The notes below the pieces were generated by a model. That model worked only from the letters and a program-made list of their open reading frames with translations, was not told the origin of the DNA and did no database searches. The translations under genes and the position numbers were made by a program. This document shows, one piece after another, positions 34,558-44,694 of a DNA stretch of 64,000 nucleotides. Numbering within the stretch: position 1 is the stretch's first letter; each line of letters opens with the position of its first letter. This DNA is from Klebsiella phage 05F01: sequence record LC483177.1. One strand, given 5' to 3'.

Positions 34558-36282
34558 TTAAATTAATGTTGTGTGAACATCTAACCAACTATTCACTGGT
34601 ATATCAACTAAGTTACCTAGGGCTGGAGTAGCTACAGAGCCACTAACTGTATATGTTATAGCTCTAACTTCTATTGTTATAGTTGACCCGGTGTCACTTA
34701 CAATAGTTGCAACTAGTCCCTGTATTCCACCATTAGTAGTCTGAAGTGGAGATTTTATTTTCCATAGGTTACTTGCAGTACCTGTAGTTGCACCAGTTAT
34801 TGTATATGTTCCTTTGGCAGTCTTATTTACTGTAACTAACCCCAAACCAGCATAACCTCTGTTTATCGCAGAATATGTATCATTTTGTAAAAATGAATCT
34901 CTAACAGGACTTTTTGTTGAAGAAGAAATACCGTTTGTAATTCTGACAACAGCTCCTGTTGTTTTAACTATCTCTCCAGTATTAACTGGAACATATGTAT
35001 TAGATGTTAAAGATTTGGCAATATCAATATAAACTATACCACTAGGTTCTGTAGTTAAATAGCTATCCCCTACTTGATTAACAATAACTTTATTACTTCC
35101 GTCTGATGATTTTTTAGCAATTCTTATAGGTATTAATGTAGCACCTTCATTTCTTGTTGCCAACTTGGAATAAACTTTTAGTGTACCATTTGCTGCATCG
35201 TACACATATCCAAAAGAAACTAAATTAGATGTTGTAAATCTATAATCTGAATCATCTCTAAGATTCGTCACCCTCAACACATGTTTTGCTGTATAAGTGT
35301 TTAAAGTAGATACAAAAACATCATTACACTCTATCAAATAGGTATAAATAGATTCAGATAGAGAGCCACCTACTGTATATAACCCTGTAAAGTTTGGCCC
35401 AGAATTAGTTATACCTACCTTAACAGTAAATAACTCTGTCCAGATAACTGAAGAATTTTGAGAAATTGGATTTATGGTGCCTAATAATAGTGGGTCTACA
35501 ATATCTTTTGTAGTGACTACTCTTGGAGAGACTATTTTAGAGTCTTCATAAGGGGGTGCAAAATTAGTATATTGACCTGGCCCAGCAATATACATATCTG
35601 AAGACCCATCGTCTTTAGGGATAAATATTAAACTAGAGTGTAAAGAATCATCTTCTGCCCCTGCAAAAGGAATTCTTAAGATATTCCCATTTAATCCATC
35701 AGTTCCTTGTCCATATAATTCACTAAAAGGTATTGCAACTCTGGATGCAGTAATAATACCATCTTTAACTGAGTAAGTTTGTAGTCTTCCGCGTTCATCA
35801 ATTAGGAGAGAACCTTTATTATTCTCTCCCCCAAAAGTTATCCCTGCGATACCTTTAGGATCTGATGCCCCTTGAATAACTTCGTATTGACCTCTTTGTT
35901 TAATCCTATCAAAAATAGAATTAAAATCACTTCCTACAAGAGACTCCCCTTCAGCAGTAAAGAAATTACCAACATATTGATATCCAATACTACTCCCTAA
36001 TTCTTGATCAGATAAAATTATAGCTTTTTTTAGACTATAAGTTCCTTCATCTGTATTAACTAGGAGTACATCATCAGAGATAGTCCAAGAAGTTGGTGTC
36101 CCTATAGCTTGATCACGATACCAGCAAGTTTGTGTATCTTTATCATATAAAATTGTATATGAATCTACTGCGGTTGAAGTAGATAAATACCCAACTTGTC
36201 TCTTTTTAAGCCCGTATACACGGGCTATTGCTTCTTTATTAGTCTCTTTAGAGACCATTCCTTTTGGTTGTGTTAATTGCAT
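34558..36282 (-). CDS. Tail fiber protein
   Basis: 574 aa, Ser/Thr/Gly-rich, with no catalytic motifs, in the fiber cluster. Confidence 0.5.
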   Translation of the reverse strand: MQLTQPKGMVSKETNKEAIARVYGLKKRQVGYLSTSTAVDSYTILYDKDTQTCWYRDQAIGTPTSWTISDDVLLVNTDEGTYSLKKAIILSDQELGSSIGYQYVGNFFTAEGESLVGSDFNSIFDRIKQRGQYEVIQGASDPKGIAGITFGGENNKGSLLIDERGRLQTYSVKDGIITASRVAIPFSELYGQGTDGLNGNILRIPFAGAEDDSLHSSLIFIPKDDGSSDMYIAGPGQYTNFAPPYEDSKIVSPRVVTTKDIVDPLLLGTINPISQNSSVIWTELFTVKVGITNSGPNFTGLYTVGGSLSESIYTYLIECNDVFVSTLNTYTAKHVLRVTNLRDDSDYRFTTSNLVSFGYVYDAANGTLKVYSKLATRNEGATLIPIRIAKKSSDGSNKVIVNQVGDSYLTTEPSGIVYIDIAKSLTSNTYVPVNTGEIVKTTGAVVRITNGISSSTKSPVRDSFLQNDTYSAINRGYAGLGLVTVNKTAKGTYTITGATTGTASNLWKIKSPLQTTNGGIQGLVATIVSDTGSTITIEVRAITYTVSGSVATPALGNLVDIPVNSWLDVHTTLI

Positions 36283-36469
36283 TAGTCTTTTTCCTTCAAC
36301 TTAAAATCTATTGCTTGAGAAATTGAACACCCTGTAGAAAATAGGTCGATCCAATCTCCTTTATAACTAGTGTCAATGTCCAAAGATTTTGATTTTGCTT
36401 CTGTAACTAGGTCATCAAACCAAGACTCAAAAGCCGGATTTTGTAACTCTTCCATTATTTCTCCTATAA

Positions 36470-38707
36470 TTATGGGTATAAAGTAATCCTACTTTTTCTC
36501 TCTATCCCATCAACATTAGTTAGTGTCACAGTTAAAAGTGTACCATCTGAACTTAGGCTCCAGTTCACTATTACTCCAGTTGCAGCACTATCCGTCCCAA
36601 TTCTAGTAGTAGTAGCTACAGTCTTCCCTACCCACTGAGATACAGATCTACCTGCTTCATATCTAAAAATTAGAGGCATATCTAAGATATCATAAGAGCC
36701 TGTACTTAACCGACATTCCACTTTTAGCAATCTTTCAAGTATGGCACCATATTGTACTGGGCCAGAGAAATCATCTACAGGTATTGACAAACTAAAAGAT
36801 GCCTTAGCACCTACAGTAGGTGCTAAGGTACTCTGTTTCATATCAATACAACTTCGTAAAAATTGAACCTGAGAGTTTCCTGTTGTAATACGGTCGTTAA
36901 TTCCTCTATTACCCCTGATAACCGCAGATGGAGTCAATTTTACATTTTCTACTTGTGTAACAAAACCAGACATATCTGAACCAGCAATAGTAACCTTAGG
37001 AGTACCAGAACCGGAGTAGGTAAGGCTAAACGACGGGGAGATAGTACCAGTACCATCATCGTTAGCACCAGAACCTGTTTTTACACCATTAATAATGATC
37101 TCACCATTATCGATTAGGTGAACATGCGAAGAATAGTTATCCCCTAGAGTAACAGAAGCACCACTACGACGGAGAACAAGATCGCTTAAGATAAGAGAAC
37201 CTGTACCTGAAACGACTACTCCTGCACTCCCTGCTCTATCTATCAGATCTCCAGATACTATGTTCTGAATAGCATTATAGACGTAAATATTATATGTTGT
37301 ATTCCATTCGATACGGTTATCTGCAAAGTTATTGTTATTAGCTCCAGTTAAAAGAGCAATACCCCTATTATTTGCATTCATTACACAACCAATTACACTA
37401 GAGTCTATAAGATTTTTTACTGCATCCCCGCAAGCAGAAACAGAACATCTAAGGGCAAATAGTGTACCTGTGTAGTTATTCCATCCTAAGCCAACAGCAA
37501 ACCTATATATTCCACATTCTTCAAATCTTGTTCCATTAAATTGAGTGCTGGAAGATGTAGAATAAAGTAATTGTGTGGTTTTATCCCTACCATCAAAATT
37601 TATCCCCCTAAAAATGTGCCTTCCAGTCGAAATAAACGGGGCTGGAGCGCCTGTAGCTGTTCTCCATGTTATTCCTGTCCCTGTGAACGAAGAGTCTGAA
37701 GAGATAGTGTAAGGTCTTCTAGAAGAATTTCCCCATAAAACAAAACCAAGAGGGAGTGTTGCAAGGTTTGATCCTGATGTATAAATCCCTACTGCCCAAG
37801 GTATACGTAAAGACATCTCCCCAGCGCTTATTGCAGACGCTAATGCATAGTCAACATTAACTTCTGCACCACTAGATGTGGTTATTGTTTGGATATCCTG
37901 CGCAGTCATATAATCAAAAATGGTTCTCTCTAAAACTTGCTTCAACTTAGCGGAACCAGATGAAATATTCACAGTAGATAATGTCTCAAAATTATTATCT
38001 AAACTTTGTAATCTATCCTCGACTGAAGACCCATCAGAGGTTCCTATAATATCTGCCGCTGTAGATGTAGCTAAACTATTATACGTTACATAGTTAGTTT
38101 CAGGGTCACCTTCTTCAACTTTACCTAAATAACAGAAGAGGATATCTGGATATTCTGCATCAGGCTCTATTTCCAATGGAGAGGTAAAATGTATTACACT
38201 ATCAGTAATAGTATAATCTTTTGTGGCGGTTAAAACAACGCCATTATACACAACTATAGCAGTGTCAAATGTGTATGGAGGACTAACAGAGGTCTGCTGT
38301 TGGCTGATCTCAACATACCAAGGATAGACTTCTGCTGGTGTAGAGCGAGAAACTGGAGTATATAAAACCCAATTATCATCACCTACTGGAGTACTTCCTA
38401 AAGAAACAGGGTTTTCTGTCGTGGCACTTGGTGCATAATACCAACCATTAACTACTTCATCATCATAAAAATAGTAAAGTTGATTAAATACTGTAGATGT
38501 CCCTCCGCTAACCCACCTAATCGGTGTTTTGAAGAAAAAATTATCTACTAGTGCTTTTCTAACAGAAGGGATATCACCATTTTCTGTTTCAATAGTAGTA
38601 GTTGCATCACCATTAATTACATTATGTAGTTGGTTAGATGCAAAGATAGAAAGTTCCACTGCCTGTTCAAAGGTAGTAGCAGGATATGTTGGAAATGTAG
38701 TCGCCAT
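36470..38707 (-). CDS. Tailspike protein with a beta-helix (second depolymerase-like receptor-binding protein)
   Basis: 745 aa. Repetitive NNNNFADNRIEWNTTYNIYVYN and GS-rich beta-helix-like repeats. Confidence 0.5.
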   Translation of the reverse strand: MATTFPTYPATTFEQAVELSIFASNQLHNVINGDATTTIETENGDIPSVRKALVDNFFFKTPIRWVSGGTSTVFNQLYYFYDDEVVNGWYYAPSATTENPVSLGSTPVGDDNWVLYTPVSRSTPAEVYPWYVEISQQQTSVSPPYTFDTAIVVYNGVVLTATKDYTITDSVIHFTSPLEIEPDAEYPDILFCYLGKVEEGDPETNYVTYNSLATSTAADIIGTSDGSSVEDRLQSLDNNFETLSTVNISSGSAKLKQVLERTIFDYMTAQDIQTITTSSGAEVNVDYALASAISAGEMSLRIPWAVGIYTSGSNLATLPLGFVLWGNSSRRPYTISSDSSFTGTGITWRTATGAPAPFISTGRHIFRGINFDGRDKTTQLLYSTSSSTQFNGTRFEECGIYRFAVGLGWNNYTGTLFALRCSVSACGDAVKNLIDSSVIGCVMNANNRGIALLTGANNNNFADNRIEWNTTYNIYVYNAIQNIVSGDLIDRAGSAGVVVSGTGSLILSDLVLRRSGASVTLGDNYSSHVHLIDNGEIIINGVKTGSGANDDGTGTISPSFSLTYSGSGTPKVTIAGSDMSGFVTQVENVKLTPSAVIRGNRGINDRITTGNSQVQFLRSCIDMKQSTLAPTVGAKASFSLSIPVDDFSGPVQYGAILERLLKVECRLSTGSYDILDMPLIFRYEAGRSVSQWVGKTVATTTRIGTDSAATGVIVNWSLSSDGTLLTVTLTNVDGIERKSRITLYP

Positions 38708-38710
38708 TTA

Positions 38711-39076
38711 TTATCCCTTTTTTATAGATTTAGAAACATCTTCTAACATGACTCTGATTGTTTCATTTTTAAGATCGATTATTCTCTCTATCTTGTTTTC
38801 TAGAGAGACATTATTCTGTGCTAACGTTGCATTAATTTGATTTAGTAATTGTGCCAACTCAGCTTTAGTGGCGTATGTGGCTTCTACATGAGAGAGTTTT
38901 TTATCTAATTGTCTGGTTATTTCTTCTAGTTCCTCTGAAGAATCTTCCAAACTTTTAATTTTCTCATTAAAAAAGTACCATATCAATCCCATTAGGGGTA
39001 ATATAACTTCTTTGGCTATTGACCATATGTCTTCTAAGTTCATTGACACGTTACCTCCATTGGGTATATGGGCCAC
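38711..39076 (-). CDS. Membrane-anchored coiled-coil protein (holin-T-like or fiber-associated)
   Basis: N-terminal TM IWSIAKEVILPLMGLIWYFF followed by a heptad-rich helix. Confidence 0.3.
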   Translation of the reverse strand: MAHIPNGGNVSMNLEDIWSIAKEVILPLMGLIWYFFNEKIKSLEDSSEELEEITRQLDKKLSHVEATYATKAELAQLLNQINATLAQNNVSLENKIERIIDLKNETIRVMLEDVSKSIKKG

Positions 39077-39549
39077 TTAATGTTCAGTGGGTAATTTTTA
39101 GAATCTTTTGCTTTTCTTAATTCTACAAGATATTCTTTTATCTTTCTTATATCTTCCATGTCACTTTCAGTATTAAAACCTAAAGTATCCATAGCTTTTA
39201 TCTCGGTTATGTGGTCTATTGCTCTTCTTTTTAAACGTAAGTATTTTTTATCACAAATATCTTTATGTTTCTCTAAGTCCTTTATCAATATACTGGAGTA
39301 TTTGTCAACAAAATAAGAACTTTCTGTTTCTACAGTAAAAATATTATCTATACAAAGGATGGATACAACCTGACCATAGCTTAAAGATAGATCTTCACCT
39401 GAATTTTTAACCTCAAGGATTGTTCCATCTTCGGTTGAGTAGAGGACTTTATTTTCATATCTAAGGAGGCTTCTCACCTCCTTTGTATAGGAGATATCTA
39501 CATAATTTATGTTATGTTGTCTCATAATAAGGAACTTCCCCTGAACCAT
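39040..39549 (-). CDS. Hypothetical protein (fiber-cluster small protein)
   Basis: 169-aa ORF. Confidence 0.4.
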   Translation of the reverse strand: MVQGKFLIMRQHNINYVDISYTKEVRSLLRYENKVLYSTEDGTILEVKNSGEDLSLSYGQVVSILCIDNIFTVETESSYFVDKYSSILIKDLEKHKDICDKKYLRLKRRAIDHITEIKAMDTLGFNTESDMEDIRKIKEYLVELRKAKDSKNYPLNIKWPIYPMEVTCQ

Positions 39550-40006
39550 CTGTATTGATATAGGCCCTTAAAGCTATTCTATAAGATGTAAGTTGTGATT
39601 TAATATCTAATAACTTATCCTCTGAATAGTCTGAATAGTCTTTATCTTCTATCATGTAGCCATATTCAGTTAATTCATTTGTAGTTGTATAATAAAGAGA
39701 TTTCGCTTTTTCAAGTCTACTTTTTTTATCTAGAACAACTTGTTCAGCTTTTTGTTCTTCTGATTGTATCCAAGTCTTTGTATCTGTATCAAAGGAATAT
39801 AGAATTGATGGTCTAGCATCATCAGATACAGTTAGTGTGTCTTCTGATAGATAGACAAAATACCCCTCATTTATCTTTGATAAGTAGTCAATCCAAGACT
39901 TTTCATCTATTGTAACTAAGTCAGAGGGAAGCGTTGAGTACTCAAGTTCCTCACTGTAAAATGCTTGATTTTTTGGACTAAATAACATATTATCTCCCGA
40001 TTGCAA
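39512..40006 (-). CDS. Hypothetical protein (possible tail fiber assembly/chaperone)
   Basis: 164 aa and acidic, between fiber genes. Confidence 0.35.
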   Translation of the reverse strand: MQSGDNMLFSPKNQAFYSEELEYSTLPSDLVTIDEKSWIDYLSKINEGYFVYLSEDTLTVSDDARPSILYSFDTDTKTWIQSEEQKAEQVVLDKKSRLEKAKSLYYTTTNELTEYGYMIEDKDYSDYSEDKLLDIKSQLTSYRIALRAYINTDGSGEVPYYETT

Positions 40007-41018
40007 TCCAGTAACATGGTTGTGCTACACCAAAGTCTTGCCCTGAGTTGCTATCACCCCATAGATTAAAACCTGTAGTAGTGCCATTCACACAAGCTAA
40101 AACTGTAATATTACCAGTAGATAAGTTCATTTGATTCAACTTAGGATTAGCACTAATAGAGTATACAGTATTAGGGAAAGTTATAGGAAATGTAACAGAT
40201 GCCGATGTTTGAGCAACACGAGATGTTGTTGGAAGTGTTACGGAACCCCACTGAATGATAGTTCCGGTATTTACATCTTTCCAATAACCATTAGCTGCAA
40301 ATGACGCAGTACTTTTAGAATCAATATATGATCTTAGTGTGCTATCTAATGTACTAATGTTACTGCTGATTTTGTTATCTACATAATCCTTTCGTGTAAG
40401 ATCTGCACTATCTGTCCCCTGTGTGCTTCTTGAACGTGGTGAAGTTAGTTCTACTCTTCCGTTGTATAAAACTATTTCAGCGGTTTTTGCAGTTGGAGTT
40501 CCTTTATAGATAGTAATAACATCGCCTGAACGACCCCAGGCGAAAGAACCTTTTTGCACATTACTATTTGCTTGGTCATATATTCGATAATCAAAATTCT
40601 GACCTGCTGGTGCATATCCGTACATATTCTGTAAAGCCCCAAATCCACCTCCGCTATCCCTTTTAACTAAAGTATTCACTATAGGATTAGATGTTGCAGC
40701 ATTTAGAGTTGCTGATGATAACTCAACTGATGTTGCACTATCACCATTCCATGTAGCAGTTCCAGTAATATCTCCTGTGAAAGATAGGGATGTACCATTT
40801 ATTGGTAAATATGTAGGTAAAGCCTCTTCATTTAAGTAATAAATCCACTGGTACATGTTATTAAACAGCCAGTTGAATTCTTCTGCACTTGGTATTTGAC
40901 CTTTATCCCAGCCGATTTCTCTTAGCGTAGTTTTAGGTCTTATTTTATTTGTTTGATCTGTGTTAGGAAGTGTGGTATCTTCCGTTGCCCATAGAGGGTA
41001 ATATGTAGGTTGTGCCAT
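39990..41018 (-). CDS. Tail fiber / baseplate-attached fiber protein
   Basis: 342 aa. Its position after the gpI-like gene follows the Mu/P2 order. Confidence 0.45.
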   Translation of the reverse strand: MAQPTYYPLWATEDTTLPNTDQTNKIRPKTTLREIGWDKGQIPSAEEFNWLFNNMYQWIYYLNEEALPTYLPINGTSLSFTGDITGTATWNGDSATSVELSSATLNAATSNPIVNTLVKRDSGGGFGALQNMYGYAPAGQNFDYRIYDQANSNVQKGSFAWGRSGDVITIYKGTPTAKTAEIVLYNGRVELTSPRSRSTQGTDSADLTRKDYVDNKISSNISTLDSTLRSYIDSKSTASFAANGYWKDVNTGTIIQWGSVTLPTTSRVAQTSASVTFPITFPNTVYSISANPKLNQMNLSTGNITVLACVNGTTTGFNLWGDSNSGQDFGVAQPCYWIAIGR

Positions 41019-41027
41019 CTCATTTCC

Positions 41028-41663
41028 TTAACTCGTTGCATATAGAAGGGATGCTAATCTACCACCTTCAGTAGGTTCACCTGAGTCTGTATCAAAGTAA
41101 GAACCTAATCCTGTTAAAAAATCTGTATCATTATCATCATAATAAGATCCAAACATCAAAGGTGTGCCACCTTTTGATAGTAATCTGTAAGATGATACTA
41201 CGGGGAAAACTTTGATAAGTTCGTCTACAGAATTTGCACCATTTAAACACATAGTGTAAAATGCAATATCAAATGACTTATTTCTTCCAACATATGTGTC
41301 AACATCTGTTGTTTCTGTTCCAGTAAATCGACTAAACAAATCTATTATGTCTGGTCTAGTGCCATTTGTAGTTACTCTGTATGCCCTTATTTGAAGAAGT
41401 GCTCTATACTCTTCATCTGTAGAATCTTCCCTATCAACACCAAGCTCTTGTCCTATGACATCTAAATAAGCACCAGTAGCGGTGCTTATAAGTCTATATT
41501 TAGCCATGTAGATCATTGCTTGGTCAATTATCTGTTTTTGAGAAGACATAATATATGTAACTTTAACTATATTTTCAGAGGACTTAAAGTCCTCTATAAG
41601 TAAGTTTTTTACATCAGAGTTAATGTTTTCCCAAACTGTTACGTGGTCTACACTATTAGCCAT
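41028..41663 (-). CDS. Baseplate protein (P2 gpI / Mu gp48-like)
   Basis: Its size and its position after the J-like gene. Confidence 0.35.
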   Translation of the reverse strand: MANSVDHVTVWENINSDVKNLLIEDFKSSENIVKVTYIMSSQKQIIDQAMIYMAKYRLISTATGAYLDVIGQELGVDREDSTDEEYRALLQIRAYRVTTNGTRPDIIDLFSRFTGTETTDVDTYVGRNKSFDIAFYTMCLNGANSVDELIKVFPVVSSYRLLSKGGTPLMFGSYYDDNDTDFLTGLGSYFDTDSGEPTEGGRLASLLYATS

Positions 41664-43150
41664 TATACCGCCCCGTAAGAGTATGAAATGTTATCTAAAT
41701 CGAGGCTTGGTATCTCATAATAAGCTGGAGATATATCATCTGTTGAATAAGATGAATCTTCCTCATTACTTAGTTTAACATAAACAGTAAGTGAAGTCAA
41801 GCGACCAAAAGATAAAGCACCATAAACAACCCCTTTTATTTGATCAAGATAAATCCCACTACCTATCTCAAAGTTAGCTTCTAGTGTAGTTAATGCAGAA
41901 ACAATGGCAGCTTTCTCAGTTGTCGTTAAAGATTTCTCATTAGACGTTGTATACTGGAGTTTGATATCATAATCAGCTTCAGATGCAGGTGTATATTTTA
42001 TAGTTTCAGTTCCACCATCTTCTGTAGATATTATTGTAGAGACAGACCCATAGGTTTTAGTGTTAATAGGTTTAGTTTCATATAGAGTCTGAGCTATATC
42101 TGCCTGATTTCCACCTGATACTATGGTATTGAATGTAAAAGCTTCTGCTTCAGTTGAATCGATATTGGTTGGGTTATCATAGATTCTAACTTTAGTGACA
42201 CCATCTAGATCTAGAATTGCTCTGATAATTGCAGGTCTTGTTGATGCCTGTGCTTCATCTTGCTCATCATTAAACCTTGCTCTAAATTCAGCATCAGTTT
42301 CTACATCAGTTCCAGAGGAGAATTCAGTAAAATTCCCTGTTGCAGAATATCCAGTGAATGTTGAAGAGATACCACTAATACCACCCTTACCTAATGCATA
42401 ATAACCTTTTGTAGAAGCTGTAACAGGAATTAAACTCCATTTTGTGCCTAAAGAATAGTTAGCATACAATGAAACTGAATTTGTTAATCCCACTGGATTA
42501 GTTAAGTCACTTGAATCAAATCCTACATATAATGTATTAGATGAAACAAATACATTAGACGTATCTGAATCAGAAACATTATCCTGAATAAAGGTAGCTA
42601 GATTAGAGAGAAAATTAACATCTGTTGTGGTTAATGTTGTAGAACTAAGTGCACCTGTTGAGTAGTTTGAACAATAAAAAGTAACACTGGTGGCTGTAGA
42701 TGTAGCTGAAGATCTTGTTAATGTGTATGCGGATACCTTAGATTTTAGGTCAGTATCAGAAGAAACATAATATAAAATATCATTAGTTCCTGTAAAATAA
42801 GTATCTGTAGTTATTTCATAAGACCAATCTGCACTTGCAGTTGTTTTGACAAAAGCGTAGCCTGCCCCTGCTGATGCTGATTTTCTATAAAGGCCCCTTT
42901 TAGAGAATAGATCATCTAGATAAACACCCTCTGCACCATTTAATGTCTGTGTATTATAGACACCCTGAAGTCCTTCCCATAAAGTATAATCAGTATATGC
43001 AAGGATCCTAAAGAACTGTCCAAAGACAGTATCTTCTCCTGTTGCTACATCGGTACCAAATGTATCAGATAGTGCATTTAAATAATTATCCAAAACTTGA
43101 TCATAAGTTGGCATTATAAAGCCGTTATCTGTTAAACCATAGCTTGCCAT
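41663..43150 (-). CDS. Baseplate wedge protein (gpJ-like)
   Basis: 495 aa, in the conserved position of the baseplate order. Confidence 0.4.
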   Translation of the reverse strand: MASYGLTDNGFIMPTYDQVLDNYLNALSDTFGTDVATGEDTVFGQFFRILAYTDYTLWEGLQGVYNTQTLNGAEGVYLDDLFSKRGLYRKSASAGAGYAFVKTTASADWSYEITTDTYFTGTNDILYYVSSDTDLKSKVSAYTLTRSSATSTATSVTFYCSNYSTGALSSTTLTTTDVNFLSNLATFIQDNVSDSDTSNVFVSSNTLYVGFDSSDLTNPVGLTNSVSLYANYSLGTKWSLIPVTASTKGYYALGKGGISGISSTFTGYSATGNFTEFSSGTDVETDAEFRARFNDEQDEAQASTRPAIIRAILDLDGVTKVRIYDNPTNIDSTEAEAFTFNTIVSGGNQADIAQTLYETKPINTKTYGSVSTIISTEDGGTETIKYTPASEADYDIKLQYTTSNEKSLTTTEKAAIVSALTTLEANFEIGSGIYLDQIKGVVYGALSFGRLTSLTVYVKLSNEEDSSYSTDDISPAYYEIPSLDLDNISYSYGAV

Positions 43151-43168
43151 TAATTCCCCTCTTTTATC

Positions 43169-43402
43169 TTATCTATCGCCAGGGCCTCTGCCCCAGCGTA
43201 AATCAACAAGGTTTTTCATTAACCTTGAAGGTGTTATCATAAATGCATAAATCCACCCCAACCATTCAGGGATCTCTTTATAAATACCTAAATATATAAA
43301 CATACCAGTTATTGTTATTATCCCTACCCCGTTCCAAAATTTAGTGGAACTAGCACGATCCGTGTGATAATTTCCAAATATACCTTTTAAAAAGTCTTTC
43401 AT
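43169..43402 (-). CDS. Small two-TM membrane protein embedded in the baseplate module
   Basis: Two hydrophobic helices GVGIITITGMFIYLGIY and LGWIYAFMI. Confidence 0.4.
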   Translation of the reverse strand: MKDFLKGIFGNYHTDRASSTKFWNGVGIITITGMFIYLGIYKEIPEWLGWIYAFMITPSRLMKNLVDLRWGRGPGDR

Positions 43403-43411
43403 TTATTAACC

Positions 43412-43951
43412 TTATGTCGTTATAGTTGCCCACATGTTCCACCACGTAGCAAATGTGTCTACAGGAAGTCCTTCATAGTTTTCAAAGTAATAAAGTTCAT
43501 CTGCATATTCTCTGAAATTAACAAGGCTACATGATACAACTGGCCCACCTTCGGTCGGAGTTGGATAAAAATACTCTTCAGAGGGTCTCGTGCTAAATGA
43601 TGTTGAAACTGTTTCACCTGCAACGATTACAGTTACAGTCATTGTGTAATATCTTTCATCTCTGTCATATGTAGAGCTATAAGACTTTATGCTATCAACA
43701 TATTCATTTGCAGCTATTTGGCTAAGAAATACTTTATCAACTACTTCTTTTTTACGTGCTACACCAATTATTTGTTGTAAATATGGAACACCAAATGTTG
43801 TGTCTAAGAACCATTCACCACGCCAAGTTTTGAGAGTAATCCCTAATGTTTGAACACACATTTCGGTATTAGTTGTTGTAAGTGTTAAATCTCCTGATGT
43901 TAACAGGAGATCATTATTTTTATCTAATTTTAAATCAAATGCAACTGCCAT
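43412..43951 (-). CDS. Baseplate protein (gpW/gp25-like position)
   Basis: 179 aa, immediately downstream of the spike gene. Confidence 0.3.
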   Translation of the reverse strand: MAVAFDLKLDKNNDLLLTSGDLTLTTTNTEMCVQTLGITLKTWRGEWFLDTTFGVPYLQQIIGVARKKEVVDKVFLSQIAANEYVDSIKSYSSTYDRDERYYTMTVTVIVAGETVSTSFSTRPSEEYFYPTPTEGGPVVSCSLVNFREYADELYYFENYEGLPVDTFATWWNMWATITT

Positions 43952-43952
43952 A

Positions 43953-44687
43953 TTATTCTCCTACAGGAATATCAGATTCTACTGTAGAACTACCAGACTC
44001 AACACCAGAAACTCTATGTGTATGTGTATGGAATGCGACACCGTTACTATCAGTAATTAGACCATTCTCATCTATAATAAGCCCATTTATATTAAATGTT
44101 CCACCATTAAAGGTTAAATTTCCACCTGTTAAAGAGAGTGTACCTGAACCATCTGTCAATGAGATTCCTGTTGTTGTTAAATCAACCTTCATTCCTTGAC
44201 TATTATAAATAGAGATGTTACCATCAGGATCAAATGAGCTATATGTATTTTTATTATTTGAAATAACAATACTATTTTCATCAACAGACTCTGTAGAATC
44301 TGTTCCAGTTGCTATTTTAGGTATAAAACAAACAGGGTACATGCCGCATGGTTGAATTATACTTGCACTAGAGGCTTCCTCACCAGAAGTTTGCATAGCA
44401 TTTGATATATCTCTTTCAGCAAATATAACTGTACCAATGTCACCTGATTTTATGGGAAAGGATATTCTAGCATTTCCACCACCATTAATCATAAAAGGCA
44501 CATCATACATTGTTGGGTAGCTTATCTCATCATCACTACCCCTTTTATTCTTTACTATTGACTCTAGATGAACTGTTTTTGCACCATAATCAACAGATGT
44601 CACTCTTGCTGGCAGCGAAGTATGTATCTCAGAAATATGGTCCATAATTAGTTGTCTAAAGGATGTTACAATATTAAGTGCATCCAT
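43953..44687 (-). CDS. Baseplate central spike (gpV/gp5-like) with a C-terminal beta-helix and an HxH metal-binding tip
   Basis: C-terminal repeats GGNLTFNGGTFNINGLII and the HTHTH motif, as in P2 gpV and phi92 gp138 apex iron sites. Confidence 0.55.
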   Translation of the reverse strand: MDALNIVTSFRQLIMDHISEIHTSLPARVTSVDYGAKTVHLESIVKNKRGSDDEISYPTMYDVPFMINGGGNARISFPIKSGDIGTVIFAERDISNAMQTSGEEASSASIIQPCGMYPVCFIPKIATGTDSTESVDENSIVISNNKNTYSSFDPDGNISIYNSQGMKVDLTTTGISLTDGSGTLSLTGGNLTFNGGTFNINGLIIDENGLITDSNGVAFHTHTHRVSGVESGSSTVESDIPVGE

Positions 44688-44694
44688 TTTAACC

